A stretch of DNA of 64,000 nt from positions 69,750,001 to 69,814,000 of the forward strand of contig OZ287753.1 of assembly GCA_965649765.1 (NCBI GenBank), written 5' to 3'. Shown here one piece after another: positions 48,391-61,855 of the stretch. The notes beneath the pieces are model-generated. The model was not told the DNA's origin. It was given only the letters and a program-made list of their open reading frames with translations, and searched no databases. This DNA is from Bispira polyomma (taxonomy: Eukaryota). A program made the translations under genes and the position numbers. Each line of letters begins with the position of its first letter. Position 1 is the first letter of the stretch.

Positions 48391-50990
48391 GATGGATCAG
48401 ATCCTACCTTACTCTTAGGGCACAAATAATTAAATCAGATGATCACCTATCATCTTCCATAAAGCTACCATATGAAGTACCCCAGGGATCCGTCCTTGGC
48501 CCTCTACTTTTCACCTTTTATACACATCGTCTCAGCACTGTCATCAATAAACATAATATAAAACACCACGTGTGCAGATGCCACTCAAGTCTATCCCTCT
48601 CTCAATCCACAAAACGCAGATACAAACATAGACCTACTTGCAGACTGTCTGTCTGATGTTCAGGCGTGGATGAACTACTCTAAACTAAAACTTAACCCCG
48701 ACAAAACAGAATTTATCCTCATAGGAAACAAGAAAAACAGTGAACTCCTAAAATCTTTGTTTTCCATCTCCCTGCTGGGAAAAGACATACTACCTTCCGA
48801 AAATGCCAAAAACTTTAGTGTGTCACTTTTGATTCAGCTTTTTTGTTCGACGCTCATATTGCCAACATCTGTCGTCGCTCCTGCTATTACCATATATGCG
48901 ACACCAAAAGAATCAGAAACCACCTGTCCATGGACACAGCGATAACTGTGGCAAATGCCCTTGTGAGTAGCCGCCTCGACTACTGCAACTCTCTTGTACA
49001 GAGCAAATAAGTCACACATTAAAAAGCTCCAGTCCATCCAAAACTACCTATGTAGGGTCATTTTTCGCCTAGGTTGTCACTACTTACCTCAAAAAAATTA
49101 CACTGGCTGCCCATTCATTCTCGCATTTGTTCAAGATTCACGTTACTACTTTTAAGGCTGTAGTCACTCAACAGCCCCCCTACCTTACCTCCCTTCTCTC
49201 CTTCAGTAGCTGCAAGAGAGGCAGCAGACTCTCTGTCTCTTCGATCCGACCACAGTCCCCAAATGTTGAAACACAAGATTTTTAAGCTACAAGGTCATGA
49301 GTTGAGAAAGGTCAAGTTTGATATCCAGCTCTGATATATTTATTGCAATGGTGAAGAGGTAATAAAAGATTTCGATTCAGTGTTTATTTTTTTTTACATG
49401 TTAGCATACATATATATATATATATTCTACAATTGACATTAACATATCATAAAATTGCTTAAACTTTTTAAGATAAGTAAAATTTTAATGCCCCAACAGG
49501 CAAGTAATAACCAATAAAATACGTAACAGTACTACAAATGGCAACCCTAAAGTGGATTACCCATAACCATTCGTATACTTCATGCTTACTGCCATTACGT
49601 AAAATGTATTATATTCAATCTTAGTTCACACAATTAGGACTAGCCTATCAAAACATAGAATTTTGAACATCTAGTACTTCACATACATACATATTGGTAC
49701 ATTATTCAATTATTCTGCACACATGGCACAAGTCTTTATGTTAGTGATGTATTCCCCTTTTGGGTTTATATTTACACATGTGCAGCCTGAGACTACATTA
49801 ATAAAACACATATTTAAAAACCATGTACCGTTGGCCATAAACAGGCCATAAGTTGACATCACTTTATCCTATCAGTCTGGTCATAACTTCCGTCTAAACC
49901 ACGTTTGTAAGCTCCCTGTATAACAGTCCCTCTGTCTGTCCTTTCATTTAAGCTCGGTTCTGCACCAACCAAGTCCATGTCTAGAAACCTTGTACGGCTG
50001 TTCATAAACATGCCATAAACTAGTACACTTTCCCTATTAGTCAAGTCATAATATAGCCATAAATTGCCTTCTGAATTCATTTAACATTCCATCAGTCCTT
50101 TGTCAGTTATTTCAGTTCTGCTCAATCTAACCCCAGGGCTAGGAGCCCCGGACCTAGGGCACCTAATCGCCTAGCAGAGGGTCCTGCCTCCCAGAGCTCC
50201 TATTCAACCCTGGCCCCCTAGACGTGTAGCTCAGGGGGGGGTTTAGGAGACAGGATCCTCCACACGGTCAGTGGGCTCCAGCTCCTGCAGCAATCCAAAG
50301 CCTAACCATATAACACTTATCCACAAGTCATAATTTATTTATTGACTTAAGTGAAGACCTTCATTTTATTTTGAGGTAACCCAGTGGTTTCCTCAAAAGT
50401 CAAACATCAATTGAAATTTCAATAGTGATAATACCCTAGTATCTACCTTATATACTCAGATAGCTTCTCAGCTGTGGTAAGGGGAGGTGGTGGGATTTAA
50501 AATTTTCACTTCTTTTCATTTCAAATGCAAATCTTAATATGGTGTCCCTAGCTTTTAGCGGGAAGATGAGAGGAGTTTCAGCAATGCTATTGGCTCGTCT
50601 TATGGATGGACAGAAGGTGGTAATAATGAAGGTAGTAGCAAAGTTAAAATTTTAAGGTAGATCAAATTAATGGTGTTTGTGGACTGACGTAGCAGTGCCC
50701 TGAAGGTGTCCTGCTTACCAATCAAGATGGGATTCAGAGCGTTCTCCACTGCAGCTCCACGGTTATGGAACAGTCTTCCAGTCAACCTCAGATCCGTTAA
50801 CACACTTATTGGTTTTAGGAAAAACCTTGCCTACCCACCTTAGCTTCCCTCGTGCACGCTCCCACTTCCTTCCCTACGACTTTGCAATATCCATGGACTC
50901 AATGATTGGACCAATGATTATGCTGTTGCACTTTAGAAAATGCCTAGCATCAATAAAGCGCGTTAAAAATTAATAACAAAAATAATAACA
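48391..50990 (+). mobile_element. 5'-truncated L2 LINE nested in MITE B, itself interrupted at 49251-50718
   Basis: [40 protein letters not shown], then FRAFSTAAPRLWNSLP and an A-rich tail. Confidence 0.9.
49251..50718 (-). mobile_element. Non-coding LTR-like or YR-retrotransposon-derived element, copy 2
   Basis: Removing it restores the L2 reading SSIRPPIKMGFRAF; flanks cac/tac; CCAAT, TATA and AATAAA on the minus strand. Confidence 0.75.
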
Positions 50991-51221
50991 ACAGCCGACG
51001 TCGGATCGGAAACTTTCAAATCGGCCGACGTCGGAATGTGCTGAAAGGAAGCGTAGGTTAATGTGTCAGCTACCAACCCCACGGAAAAAAAACCCAAACA
51101 AACCAAATATTACATACAATTCAAATAGAAGTCAACCTTTAATGAGAATATTTAAGACATGGAATAAAATGTCTACACTAATATTAGAGGATATATTTAG
51201 TGCATACACAGTTCCTATTAA

Positions 51222-52095
51222 GGCTTTAGTGACGTAAACACAAAAAACGATCGCTGATGTGATCGTTGTATGCTTGAGCTTCTCAGAAACTGCATAACTT
51301 TTACTTTGTTGCCTTAAACTCGAATAATGGATAACATATTTACATTTTCTAAAGTAGAAATAATAGAGAATGACATATTTTAATTATATACCAATTCATA
51401 TATTTTACGTATTACTTTAATAGGTATCTTGAGACATACAATACACATAGCAGTGTGTAAAATTGTAACTAAAATGGGTAATATTTTTAAAGTACATGCC
51501 TCGCAAACGTAACACAATTCATATACCAAGAAGGGATATCAATACTGAAGTATTGTACATGAATAGAAAAAGGAAAACATCAGCAATATCTTGAATGAAT
51601 TCGTTTTTCAAATAAAGCACAAAAACATGGATAATTTTATAAAAACATTAAAGTTACACTCTTCTGAACAGAAACATATTTTGTATTCTTTGTTTTTATA
51701 AAATAAGGAAACATATTAAAAAATATAAATCACTAAAAACAATATACATGTTTTCTAAAGTGGGGTAGAATACACAAAATCATCATATATGCTGGATCAA
51801 AAACCATATTATGTCACAATAGAAAGGGCTCTCTCCGAGATTTGTTTCCAAATATGACGTTCTACTTAGATTTTCAAATTGTGTGACGTCACAACACAAG
51901 GATCTTATATGGCTGTTTTAACCACTTTTCAACAAAATAGTGAACTTTTAAATGGTATTTGCATGTAAAAGTGCTGAAAACTGTCACTAAAGACCTATTT
52001 TAAGGTTGCTATATTGGGTGCTTCTGGTTAAAACATTTTCGTAAGTGCGGCATAATATACGGGCTGCGCAGTTGTGTGTTTATGTTACTAAAGCC
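51222..52095. mobile_element. Non-autonomous Kolobok-type DNA transposon
   Basis: TTAA|ggctttagtgacgtaaacaca ... tgtgtttatgttactaaagcc|TTAA; a related end occurs at ~11540-11563. Confidence 0.8.
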
Positions 52096-53599
52096 TTAAA
52101 GGAGGAGGAATAACTAAGAATGAATTGGACATAAGCTTTAAAATGTAACATCTTGTGATTATTGAGAGAGTATATTATTTAACCAATAAGTCTGTATTTT
52201 GTATGTAGAGGCAAACATGCGTTATGGAGACCCCATCTGTGCTAATTGAAAATAAATGTGAGGGAAGATATGTCTCTGTGAAAGATGGTATTTTTGGTTC
52301 TTTGTGAAAGGACCCTTTTTTCCTCCAGTGGGGTTATATTTCAATATGATAAACTAGCGATGTATATGCTCTACTGAGTTCCATTTTCTTTATGTAAAGT
52401 GGCACTATTTTGCATAAATACCGTGGTCGGTAGATAAAAATAAGATAGCCTTACAGGTACTTAAAATTATAAGTACTTTGGATACAAGTTTGCTTCTGAA
52501 ATTAGATTTAACAAATAGTTTCTTGCATGATTACACATTATGAAAGAAAGAGTATAAGGGCCAACCTTAATATTTTTTTTTTTTTTACAAGGGTCAACTT
52601 TTTTTATGCACCATGGAGAAGGAAGGTATGTGAAGGAAGGTATGTGAGTGGCTAACTGAACAGCCAACATGGAGAAGGGCACAAACAATCATAGGGGCAA
52701 AAGTTAATCAGCAAACAGTCATACAGGTCAAAAGTAGTTAATCAGGCTTTCAACAAAAGTCAGTTTCAACAAAATTTGGTTAATATTTGTCAATTTATTT
52801 ACATAAACTATTGTATTTTGGAAAATTTTACGCCAAAAATATATAAACAATTGTATCTGGAAAAATAAAATATATTATACACAAAAAAATAATTGGCCCT
52901 TAATGATCTCAATTTATCAAGATACATTCCCTACTCCCCCCCCCCCTCCCCCCCCCCTCCCCCCCCCCCCCCCCCATTTCAAGAACATTAATACACTGAA
53001 TGGGATGTCTTATATTTATTCTAATCTACTAAAATGGTATAAAAGACATATATGTAACCACTATGAAATTAGTAATATCAGAGAACATTATGTTTAGTTA
53101 TTTAAATATGCTGGCCTGCAAAAGGCCCATCTATACGAACCAAGGTCCAGCCTAAGAAGTATCTTATATTTACGTACTGACAATTACAGGCGTAAGCCTA
53201 AACATGGCGTAATGTTCCAAAGAAATAATAACATTAGGTTAAAATATTTTACATAAGAAGAAGGCAAGTAAAATAATTTGCATAAGCCAAAGGTAAACTA
53301 AGTAAAGTTTATTATATAATTACAGGCAAGAATTTCACATCATCCGAATAAGAGTTATATGTGTTAGGCAAAGTCACCCCAGTTCATGCTGCAAAGTGCT
53401 ACCATCTAGCTCAAACTGCAAACCGTCCCACATGGCTGAGCAATACAGCCTCCTAAACTACATAATAAAATAACCCTTGAGTAGCAAGATCAATAGTGAA
53501 ACTAGACCTAGCGCATCTGAGGACCGATGCATATTTGTATCCACCAGAATGACAAAGCACCTTAGGTGGCAAGCACCCTGGCTAGCACCCATGCTAGAA

Positions 53600-54580
53600 G
53601 CCCATAATTTCCTATAGGATATTTATGCTAAAGCCTTAAATGGCACAATTGGGTTTCACATTTCAAATCTGTGGGACCAATAATAAGTGTGAAATAGGCA
53701 CTTTAAAGTTTGGCCTACCCATTTGACCATGCACGACGGGTCCAAGGTCCAATCTGACCACAGCAAAACATTACCAGCCAATGATTTCCTATAGGTTGCT
53801 TTCACATCCTAAACCTCTACGACCAATAATAAGCAAGATATAGGCACTATCAAGTTTGACCATCCACACTTGAACTTGAACGAGGGGCTCAAGGTTAAAT
53901 ATGACCACATCAAAAGACTCCCAGCCCTTGATTTCCTACAGGTTGGTTTCACATTCCAGACCTCTGGGACCAATAATAAGTGAGATATAGGCACTTTTAA
54001 GTTTAGCCATCCACTTTTGACCTTGAACGAGGGAGACAAGGTCAAATCTCAGCAAATCTCAGCACATCAAGAGACTGCAAGCCCATGATTTTTTATAGGT
54101 TGGTTTAGCACTTCAAACCTCTGGGACCAATATTAAGCGAGATATAGAAACTTTTAAGTTTCATCATCTGTATTTGACCTTAAACAAGAGCCACAAGGTC
54201 AAATCGGACCACATCAAAAGATTCCAAGACCATGATTGCCTACAGGTTGGTTTCATATTCAAAACCTCAAGGACCAATAATAAACAAGATACAGGCACAT
54301 GAACGAGGGGACCAAGGTCAAATCTGTGCACATCATAAGATTCTGATTCCATGATTTCCTTTTGGTTGGTTTTACATACAAAACCGGTTTGACCAAAAAT
54401 AAGTAAGATATAGGCACTTTTAAGTTTGCCCATCCCTGTTTGACCTTGAAGAAGAGGCCCAATGTCAATTTGAGCACATCAAAAGATTCCCTGCTTATGA
54501 TTTCCTATAGGTTGGTTTCAGATCCCAAACCTTTAGGACCAATAATAAGCAAGATATAGGCACTTTTAAGTTTGGCCCAA
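53600..54580. repeat. ~120-bp tandem satellite (about 8 units), likely the internal array of a Helitron-like non-autonomous element
   Basis: Recurring atgatttcctataggttggtttcaca..ggaccaataataagcaagatataggcactttt..tgaccttgaa..aaggtcaaat. Confidence 0.85.
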
Positions 54581-55383
54581 ATCGGTCACTTGAGGTACTT
54601 CGGAATTCGTCAATGACCTTGAATGAATTCAATTGAATTGAAAGAATTGACTGATTTAAGGTCAAATGTCTGCATGTTTAAACAGGATATATATCCGTTA
54701 AACAAATCACCTGTAAAGAGATTCAACCTTCTACAGCTGAGAAACAGGCACAGTCAAAAGCCCGGTTATTTTCAAAGAAAATAGATTCACTATTAGTGCA
54801 CATTCTTAACCACCTAATTTGACCCCAGCAGGAAAACTCAAGAAGTGGTGGACAAGGATTTACAAAATGTAACTAGTGAAAATAATGCAAAAACAATAGA
54901 TGCAAGTGTTATAAACCTAAACTGAAATGCAACAGCAGGTGCCACTCTGGTTTATCCTGTAAAAATAAATAATGAACTTACTATTGCCAACCACTTTTCA
55001 TGTTCATATTTTCTGTAATGACTTAATTAATTAATTGGTGTCATTTACTGCATGAAATATACCACATGACATGTAATGTACAAGATAATGTCGTTTATAT
55101 GAGCAAATCTATTTCCAAAGTCAATTTCAGGTGTAAATATATATTTTGAAGACTACTTGTAACATATATATTAGTGTAATAAATGGATAATATGTATAAC
55201 ATATACTTAGGATAGACAACATAGTATATATTTATATGTAATGTGCCTAAATAAATCGACCTAAATAAAGATGGACTCTTTAATAACTTGTAAAATCACC
55301 ACTACCACATAATGATACATCATATGGATTAAAAAGACTTAATGTGGCTAGTTAATCATCACTGAAAAAAATAATGAGACAAT

Positions 55384-55527
55384 TCAGTAAATACGTGAAC
55401 TTACTGGACCTAAAAACCAGTAAGTACGCGTATTTACTGAAATTTTTAGGGATTACGCTTATTTACTGACCAAATCAGTAAATACGCATATTTACTGAAA
55501 TTTTCAGTAAATACGCGGACTTACTGA
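55384..55527. repeat. Array of imperfect palindromes (consensus tcagtaaatacgcgtatttactga)
   Basis: About five units between 55384 and 55527. Confidence 0.75.
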
Positions 55528-55833
55528 TTTCACATATATACTGTAACACATATATACATATATATATAGTAGGGCATATTGTCTTAATTAATATTTTGAT
55601 ACTATATGAGCACATATTAAAATGTCATGTATTCTTGTATAAATATTGGTTACTGTTGAAGATATCCCTAGTGATGGAATAACTTGCAGCTGTGGATTTT
55701 TAAGGTGTGTGTTATGATTTGTGAGTACAGTAGTATTTTATTCAGTTAGGCAGTGGTAGCTTAGTCAAGTTTATTGTTTTTTTGTTATACAGTATAATTT
55801 CTATTTTTCTACAGCGTTGATATAGATACTTGT

Positions 55834-56070
55834 GGTCTCCAGTGGCCTAGTGGTTAGTGAGTCGGTCTGATAATCAGAATGTCCTGGGTTTTATTCCCAT
55901 TACCAACCGCTAGTTTCATTGGTGGGATAACATCTTTGGGTAAGATGTGTACACATGTTTGCCTAATGACTCGGGGGACAACTTAAAATGGGGGTCTTCT
56001 GTCACTGGGTCCTATACCCAGTGGCAGGCTAAAAATCCTTAGGGACGTTGATAAATGGTCATTCTCAATC
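55834..56070 (+). mobile_element. Older tRNA-derived SINE of a different family
   Basis: A box gtggcctagtgg, degenerate B box gggtttattccc, body containing ctttgggtaaga..aaatggggg. Confidence 0.65.
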
Positions 56071-57249
56071 CTCTCTCTTCAGTTAGGGGACTGATTGACT
56101 GATGCAGTCAGGAAAGGATTAATTGATAACTACCACAGTCTTATCCTTAGTTTACATGTAAAACTTAATTTACAGATTAAAAGTACCACAGCCTTATTTC
56201 CTTAGCTTCTTAGTTTTTTATGCTTGGTACATATTAAACTACAAATGCTACACTAACATAAAAAACCACTGCACTTACTTACAATTAGACTAATATAAAA
56301 TATCACAGCACTATACGTATATAATGTACTAATATGATACAATTAAAAACCCTCTACTATTGCACTCTTATAAGGCTTTTTTACATACATAATGTACTAA
56401 AACACTATTATGTCGAACTTTCCATTATGCACTACTATAATAATATTTATAATACATAATGTTCTAATATATTATTATACAAACTTTTCTTTATGCACTC
56501 CTATAATTTTTGAAGCATACATAAAATGACTTGGCAGTAAATAGATGATGACTCAGGTCATAGGACCAATAAATGTTCGAAAGTTTTACCAACCAAATCT
56601 GAAATAGAACTTTAGCCATTTTCAATTTAAAAGAGGAAGTGATAGATTACCTATAAGTATCAGATTAAATATGACATATCAATCAAGATTGAAGATTATT
56701 CAACTTTGTAGGGCTTAGCTAGACATGGATCAGAAGATACAGCGATCAAAGAATTATCACAGACTGGCAGAACACATGTAAGGTATGTTTTAAAGTGTAT
56801 TGAGATTAAATCAGAAGGTGTTTTAACGTCGCTTTCAACACATCCCAACAATCCTTGGAATAATATCAATTCTAAATATAGATATGACTCAGCAGCTCTC
56901 TTTACAACTATAACAAAAAGCTTATTGGGTAAGCCAGTCATTGCTAAGCTCCCCCTATACTTTTTATCGAGTTGGCTACCTCCTTGTAAAAGCCACCTCA
57001 GTTACAGTAAGGGTCTGCCTTTCCATTCAGAGGGGTAGGACTTGTCAAAGTTTTCCATATATATAAATGTTGAATATATAAATGTTGTGTGCCATAAAGC
57101 AAAGAATTGTATTGTATTTTGGATTTTGAACTCCTTTTTTAATGTGGAACATCTTCTAAACTGCAACAACATCAACCAGTTAACCAATACAGAAGTTCAA
57201 AAAACATAGCTACGGATGTAAGAAAGAATATGGGAGTGTACAAGAAGGT

Positions 57250-58039
57250 AAGCTAGATTGAAGATAGAGGTTTTAAGCTTTTTTCCTAAAATCAAAAAGT
57301 ATTTCAAGTGATCTAAGTTTAACGGGGAGGCTATTCCATAACATGGGCAGCAGTAGAGAAAACTCTAGTAAAACTCTAGAAAACTCTAAACAATGACATA
57401 ACACAAGTTTAAATAGACTAACATATTTATGCGAGACTTTTTGCTCCGAGCAGAAGGGAACTGCAGTAGTCTATATGGCTGATAACAAGGGAGTTAGTCA
57501 CAGTGATGGCAGTATCTAGTGACAAGAGATTTCTTATTCTTTTGATATCACAAATGTGATAGTAACAGGAGTGACAAATGTTGCTGATGTGAGTATCAAA
57601 TGAGAAAGCAAAGTCAATTGTGACACCAAGTTTCTTGACGTTATCAGAGGGCTGTACACAACATTACCCAGCAGTGTAATGAGGAATAATGATCTTAAGT
57701 TCTTACTGTTTTTCTTACTCTCAATTAGAATAAATTCAGTTTGGTCAGGATTTAATTTCAATTTTGAGTAATTCAACCAAGCCTGTTTTGAAAAAAGACA
57801 TGTAGCAAATCAGCAAGTAGACCCAGATTTATGTCGGCATTTTAGGGGTTGAGATGGATTGTGTAGAGTGTATAAAGTAGAGGTCTGAAGACCTCAATTT
57901 CTCCAAAACATAAACTGAATGAGGATGAAAAGTGATCATCCAGTTATTTATGGGGCTCTGAGAGCCAGATAGGATCTAATCGAATCAATAACAGTGCCAT
58001 TTGATGCAAACAACTGTTTTAGGGTGAATAGAGATCATG
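57250..58039 (-). mobile_element. L2 LINE, 3' part; it continues at 63691-64000 on the far side of the Ngaro insertion
   Basis: MNYSKLKLNPDQTEFILI and IRSYLALRA. Confidence 0.85.
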
Positions 58040-58256
58040 GTGGGCTGACGCCTCGGAGTCAGCCCCCTCATTTCTGGTACCAGGTCACTAGGGGTCGCAT
58101 TTAGGCCACCAGGGGTCAGGGGGCAGATATAAAAGGCTTTGGTGCCAAACAAGCGCCATCATTAATACTTTGAGAATACAACTAACAAGAGTGTTTTTAC
58201 AAGTGGGGCTTTTACTACCCTACGTCTTGTTTTTAACGGATTTTAATTCAAAGTGC

Positions 58257-59177
58257 ATGATGTCTAAGAAGGAGTTTCAGTGCAGTGCATGTAGGGGCAA
58301 ACATGAACGGCCAGTGGGAAAGAAATGTCGTTATGTGCTGGGGCATGGCGTCGCCGATGAAGTAACCACAGTTGGCCATGCTACTACCCCTAAGATGTCG
58401 GATACAGTGTCAACTTTAATCTTACAGTAACATCAGTCTCTCAACGAGAAAATGGATAGCATGGACCAACGTGTACAGGTTACAGAGGCGGCGTTGTGCT
58501 CACCCAGCGCCAATAGGGCACGTAGTAATTTGTCAAATGTTACTGTAGCCAGTACTGCTAGTACCAGTGTCGACCATAGTGTTGCTAGTGATTTAAGTAA
58601 AAATGTTGCCAGTAATGTTTCTGAACCAGCCATCGAGGCAGTAGTCCCCTCTCTAGATTTTCTTAGATCGAATGAAAACCTTCAGTCTCAGGTGGATCAG
58701 CGCCTACTGCAGTTGCAACAATTAAATGAGTGGGCAGGAGGTAAAATTAAATCTCAACGTGGGGGCGTTGATGCACCTATAAGAAGGGCTGTAGATTGGC
58801 CTCAAAATTTCGTTCTATCTGGATCCAAAAAGACCAGACCCACTTATGATGATTTATCTCTAGTCCAATTTACATACGGTTTCATACGTTGTGTACAAGA
58901 ACAAAAGGTCCCGGCCATGCGAGAGGCGATGCTCGAGTATTTGGCAAATCTTATGGATGATGCCCATGATTTTTCATGGGAAGCAGCCAAGGCCTCACAC
59001 GCAATTCTCTTAACAAATATGGAACTTGATCGTCTTAAATGGCATACGTCTTTCAAGAAGGCACATGCAAGTTCAATGCAAGTCACCGTACTTCTGGTCA
59101 GTTATTCAAGCATGTGTGTGAGAATTGTGAAGGGCCACCAGTCTAACCTTTGCACTAAAAAGAATGTAAAAAACTAA
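58257..59177 (+). pseudogene. gag-like ORF1 of the YR retrotransposon
   Basis: CSACRGKHERPVGKKC zinc finger; KIKSQRGG..WPQ..PTYDDLSLVQF..LMDDAHDFSWEAAK; stop at 58428. Confidence 0.85.
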
Positions 59178-59446
59178 GGGGCCACTGCAGTAATGCAGTG
59201 GCTGAGAGAAAAAAGTTGCAAAAGGTCTATTCGAGAGTTGTGTATAATTCTGCATTTACTGATTTTAATCTGTGTAAAAAAGTATGTTTTAATCATGTGT
59301 CAAGTGTGTCAAAAAGGTCTTACAGGGACGTGGTGTTGGGAAAAGATGTTTCTGACAAAAAAAAAAAAAGTTCCTGTGAGCAATGTTGGGATTAGTGAAA
59401 GGCAGGTTTTCTCTTTAGAAGTCAAAACAAGGACTTTCGGTAAAAC

Positions 59447-59701
59447 TGAATTTGAATTTGGATATTTAACGTCCACTCTAGTGCCTTTTAGTAGGTTATA
59501 TTGGGACGGGTAGGTGGAAACGCTGGAGAAAACACTGCATACAGTCGGTCAAGGTTCTGCAGAGAAACCAGCGGCCCACAGTAAGGAACTACCACCTTTC
59601 CCACATAGGTATCAACAGGATTCGAACTCACGCTGCCCAGAGGTGAGAGACCAGTGATTGTGAAGTGCAACGCTTGCTAACCACTAGGCCACCGCGGCCC
59701 C
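59447..59701 (-). mobile_element. tRNA-derived SINE inserted in the Ngaro element
   Basis: Same family as 26270-26526; 14-bp TSD acttt(c/t)ggtaaaac at 59433-59446 and 59702-59715. Confidence 0.92.
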
Positions 59702-59829
59702 ACTTTTGGTAAAACAAAGGGTACAAAAATGAAATGTGTGAATAAGCCTTTACATTCTCCCAGCTTGCACAATGGAAACTTCTGTGCCAACAGAACAAAA
59801 TTGGGCTCTATTGTTAGCCGGACTAACAT

Positions 59830-61855
59830 GTGTCACACGTTGCCAAAGCCGGGGCAGACAATAGTTGTCAAAAAGCCCCTCCCCCAAAAGAGGGGAGCTC
59901 TTTGTCCATGAATGTAAAATCAAGTAACCTGGCACAAGGTGTCAACAACCAAAGTGAATTCCAATTACCCATTCACAATAGATTTGCATTATTAGACTCT
60001 CCTAGTGTACAGGCAGTAGAAACTATTGTTTCTGCCCCCGTGGCTGATAGCAAATCTTGTCAGAAGCTTCCAAATAAGCAAAAACGTACAAGAAACACTC
60101 AAGTGAATACTTGCGACAACAAATATGCATTGGAAGTGTACAAATGTCCCGATAAACAACAGTGTTTAAATAATGCTAAAGACTGTGATACCTACAAGTT
60201 GTGGGATATTCAAAATAACGGAAAATTTGGTTTTATTCCACTTAGCTCGTGGGGTGGACCCATTCAAAATGAATCACATACTAAGGTTACTATGGATGTG
60301 TTTGCCTTACATAAGCGACTAAAACAAGATGGGTGCCCAAACTATAGGGGATTACAAATACCCGTGATTACACAGTTGAATGCCCCTAGAGTGGGAGAAA
60401 TACTTGACTGGGTATTGGGATTGGGAACTCCCTTTACTTATAAATTATGGTTTCCCCCTTGACTGTGACGAGGAACACGTGTTTCACTCTGACCTCGATA
60501 ACCATTCTTCAGCTACCCAGTATCCAGATCATGTGACTTATTATTTAAAAGAGGAATGTAAATTTGGAGCAATGTATGGCCCATTTGCAATTCCCCCTAT
60601 TGATAAAGTACATACTTCTCCTTTCATGACCAGGGACAGGTCGAGCTCTATTAACCAACGAGTTATCATTGACTTAAGTTGGCCTCTCGGACATTCGGTT
60701 AATGCAGCTGTGTGTCCTACCACGTACGTAGGAAAGGAGTTTATACTCACCTATCCTTTGATTGATACAATCACTGAGCAGGCACTTGTCATGGGAAAAG
60801 GTTCTTTAATCTTCAAAGCTGATATAAGTCGTGCTTTTAGACACGTGACTATAGATCCGAAAGATATTAATTTGCTGGGACTGTACCGGGATGGTTATTA
60901 CATCGACGGCTCGCTCCCGTTCGGTTATAAGCATGGTTCGGCCATTTTCCAGCGAATTTCAGATGGAATAAGGTATATAATGTAAGGTGAAGGTCATCAG
61001 ATCACGAACTACATCGACGATCTCCTTTGCTGCTCAGTACCTACAAAAATATATATAAAACCTACCATAGATTGCAGGCTCTATTAACCGAACTCGGTCT
61101 GACTTTGAGTAAGAACAAACTGGTTCCCCCTGCTACACGGGTTACCTGTCTGGGTATTGTCATAGACACTGTGGAGTTCACCACCTCCATACCAGAGCAA
61201 AAATTACTAAATATCCACACCACTTGTGGCAAACAAAAAATTCTGTACTAAACTTGAACTGCAGTGTTTACTAGGTTCTTTGTTATGTATTTCAAAATGT
61301 GTGAAATACTCCAGATTCTTCCTCAATAGGATGCTCCACCTCCTCAGAAGCAACCATAAGAATAAATCAATCAAAATTACCACTGAATTCATCAAAGATC
61401 TCAATTGGTTTAGAACCTTTCTTAGCAAATTCAATGGGGTGTCCTTTTTTCAACACAAACCCATCACTGCTATTATAGAGTTAGATGCTTGCCTTACTGG
61501 TATGGGAGGTGTTTATGACAATCAAGTATACACCCTATCTGTACCTCTTGAAATGCAACACCTGAATAATGCTTCCTTAGAAATGTTTAACATATTGGTA
61601 GCTCTCAGGTTGTGGGGTGTGCAATGGAGAGGTCGTGCAATACTGATAAAGTGTGACAACCAGGCTGTGGTTAGTGTTCTTACACATGGCAGAACACGAG
61701 ATGAGACTCTAGCTTTATATTCTAGAAATATTTTTATGACAGCCAGCCAATATGATGTGCAGTTAAAAGTAATACATATCTTAGGTGAAGACAACTCTAC
61801 TGCTGATCTACTGTCACGCTGGACCAACTCTTCAAAATTATATTCGTTTATATGA
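59830..61855 (+). pseudogene. Reverse transcriptase and RNase H of the YR retrotransposon (frameshifted, with stops)
   Basis: SPFMTR..RVIIDLSWP, KADISRAFR, LPFG, NYIDD (~61008), ELDACLTGMG, LEMFN, CDN and NSTADLLSR. Confidence 0.93.

Larger units (their letters stand above)
47753..51058 (+). mobile_element. Harbinger-type MITE copy B, interrupted by an L2 insertion
   Basis: TAA|gcctacgcttcctttcag ... ctgaaaggaagcgtaggt|TAA; MITE sequence resumes at ~50992 after the L2. Confidence 0.8.

Noticed and set aside
52903-53097. Poly-proline ORF as a possible profilin ligand
   Set aside because: It is the translation of a poly-C tract, with no splice or coding context
53600-54580. CRISPR-like array (also considered for 55384-55527 and 63095-63265)
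   Set aside because: The units are wholly repeated with no unique spacers, there are no cas genes, and the context is eukaryotic
56520-57060. Coding-like stretch open on both strands, with a CDNS resembling DIRS RNase H
   Set aside because: No other catalytic motifs align and there are several stops; left unassigned
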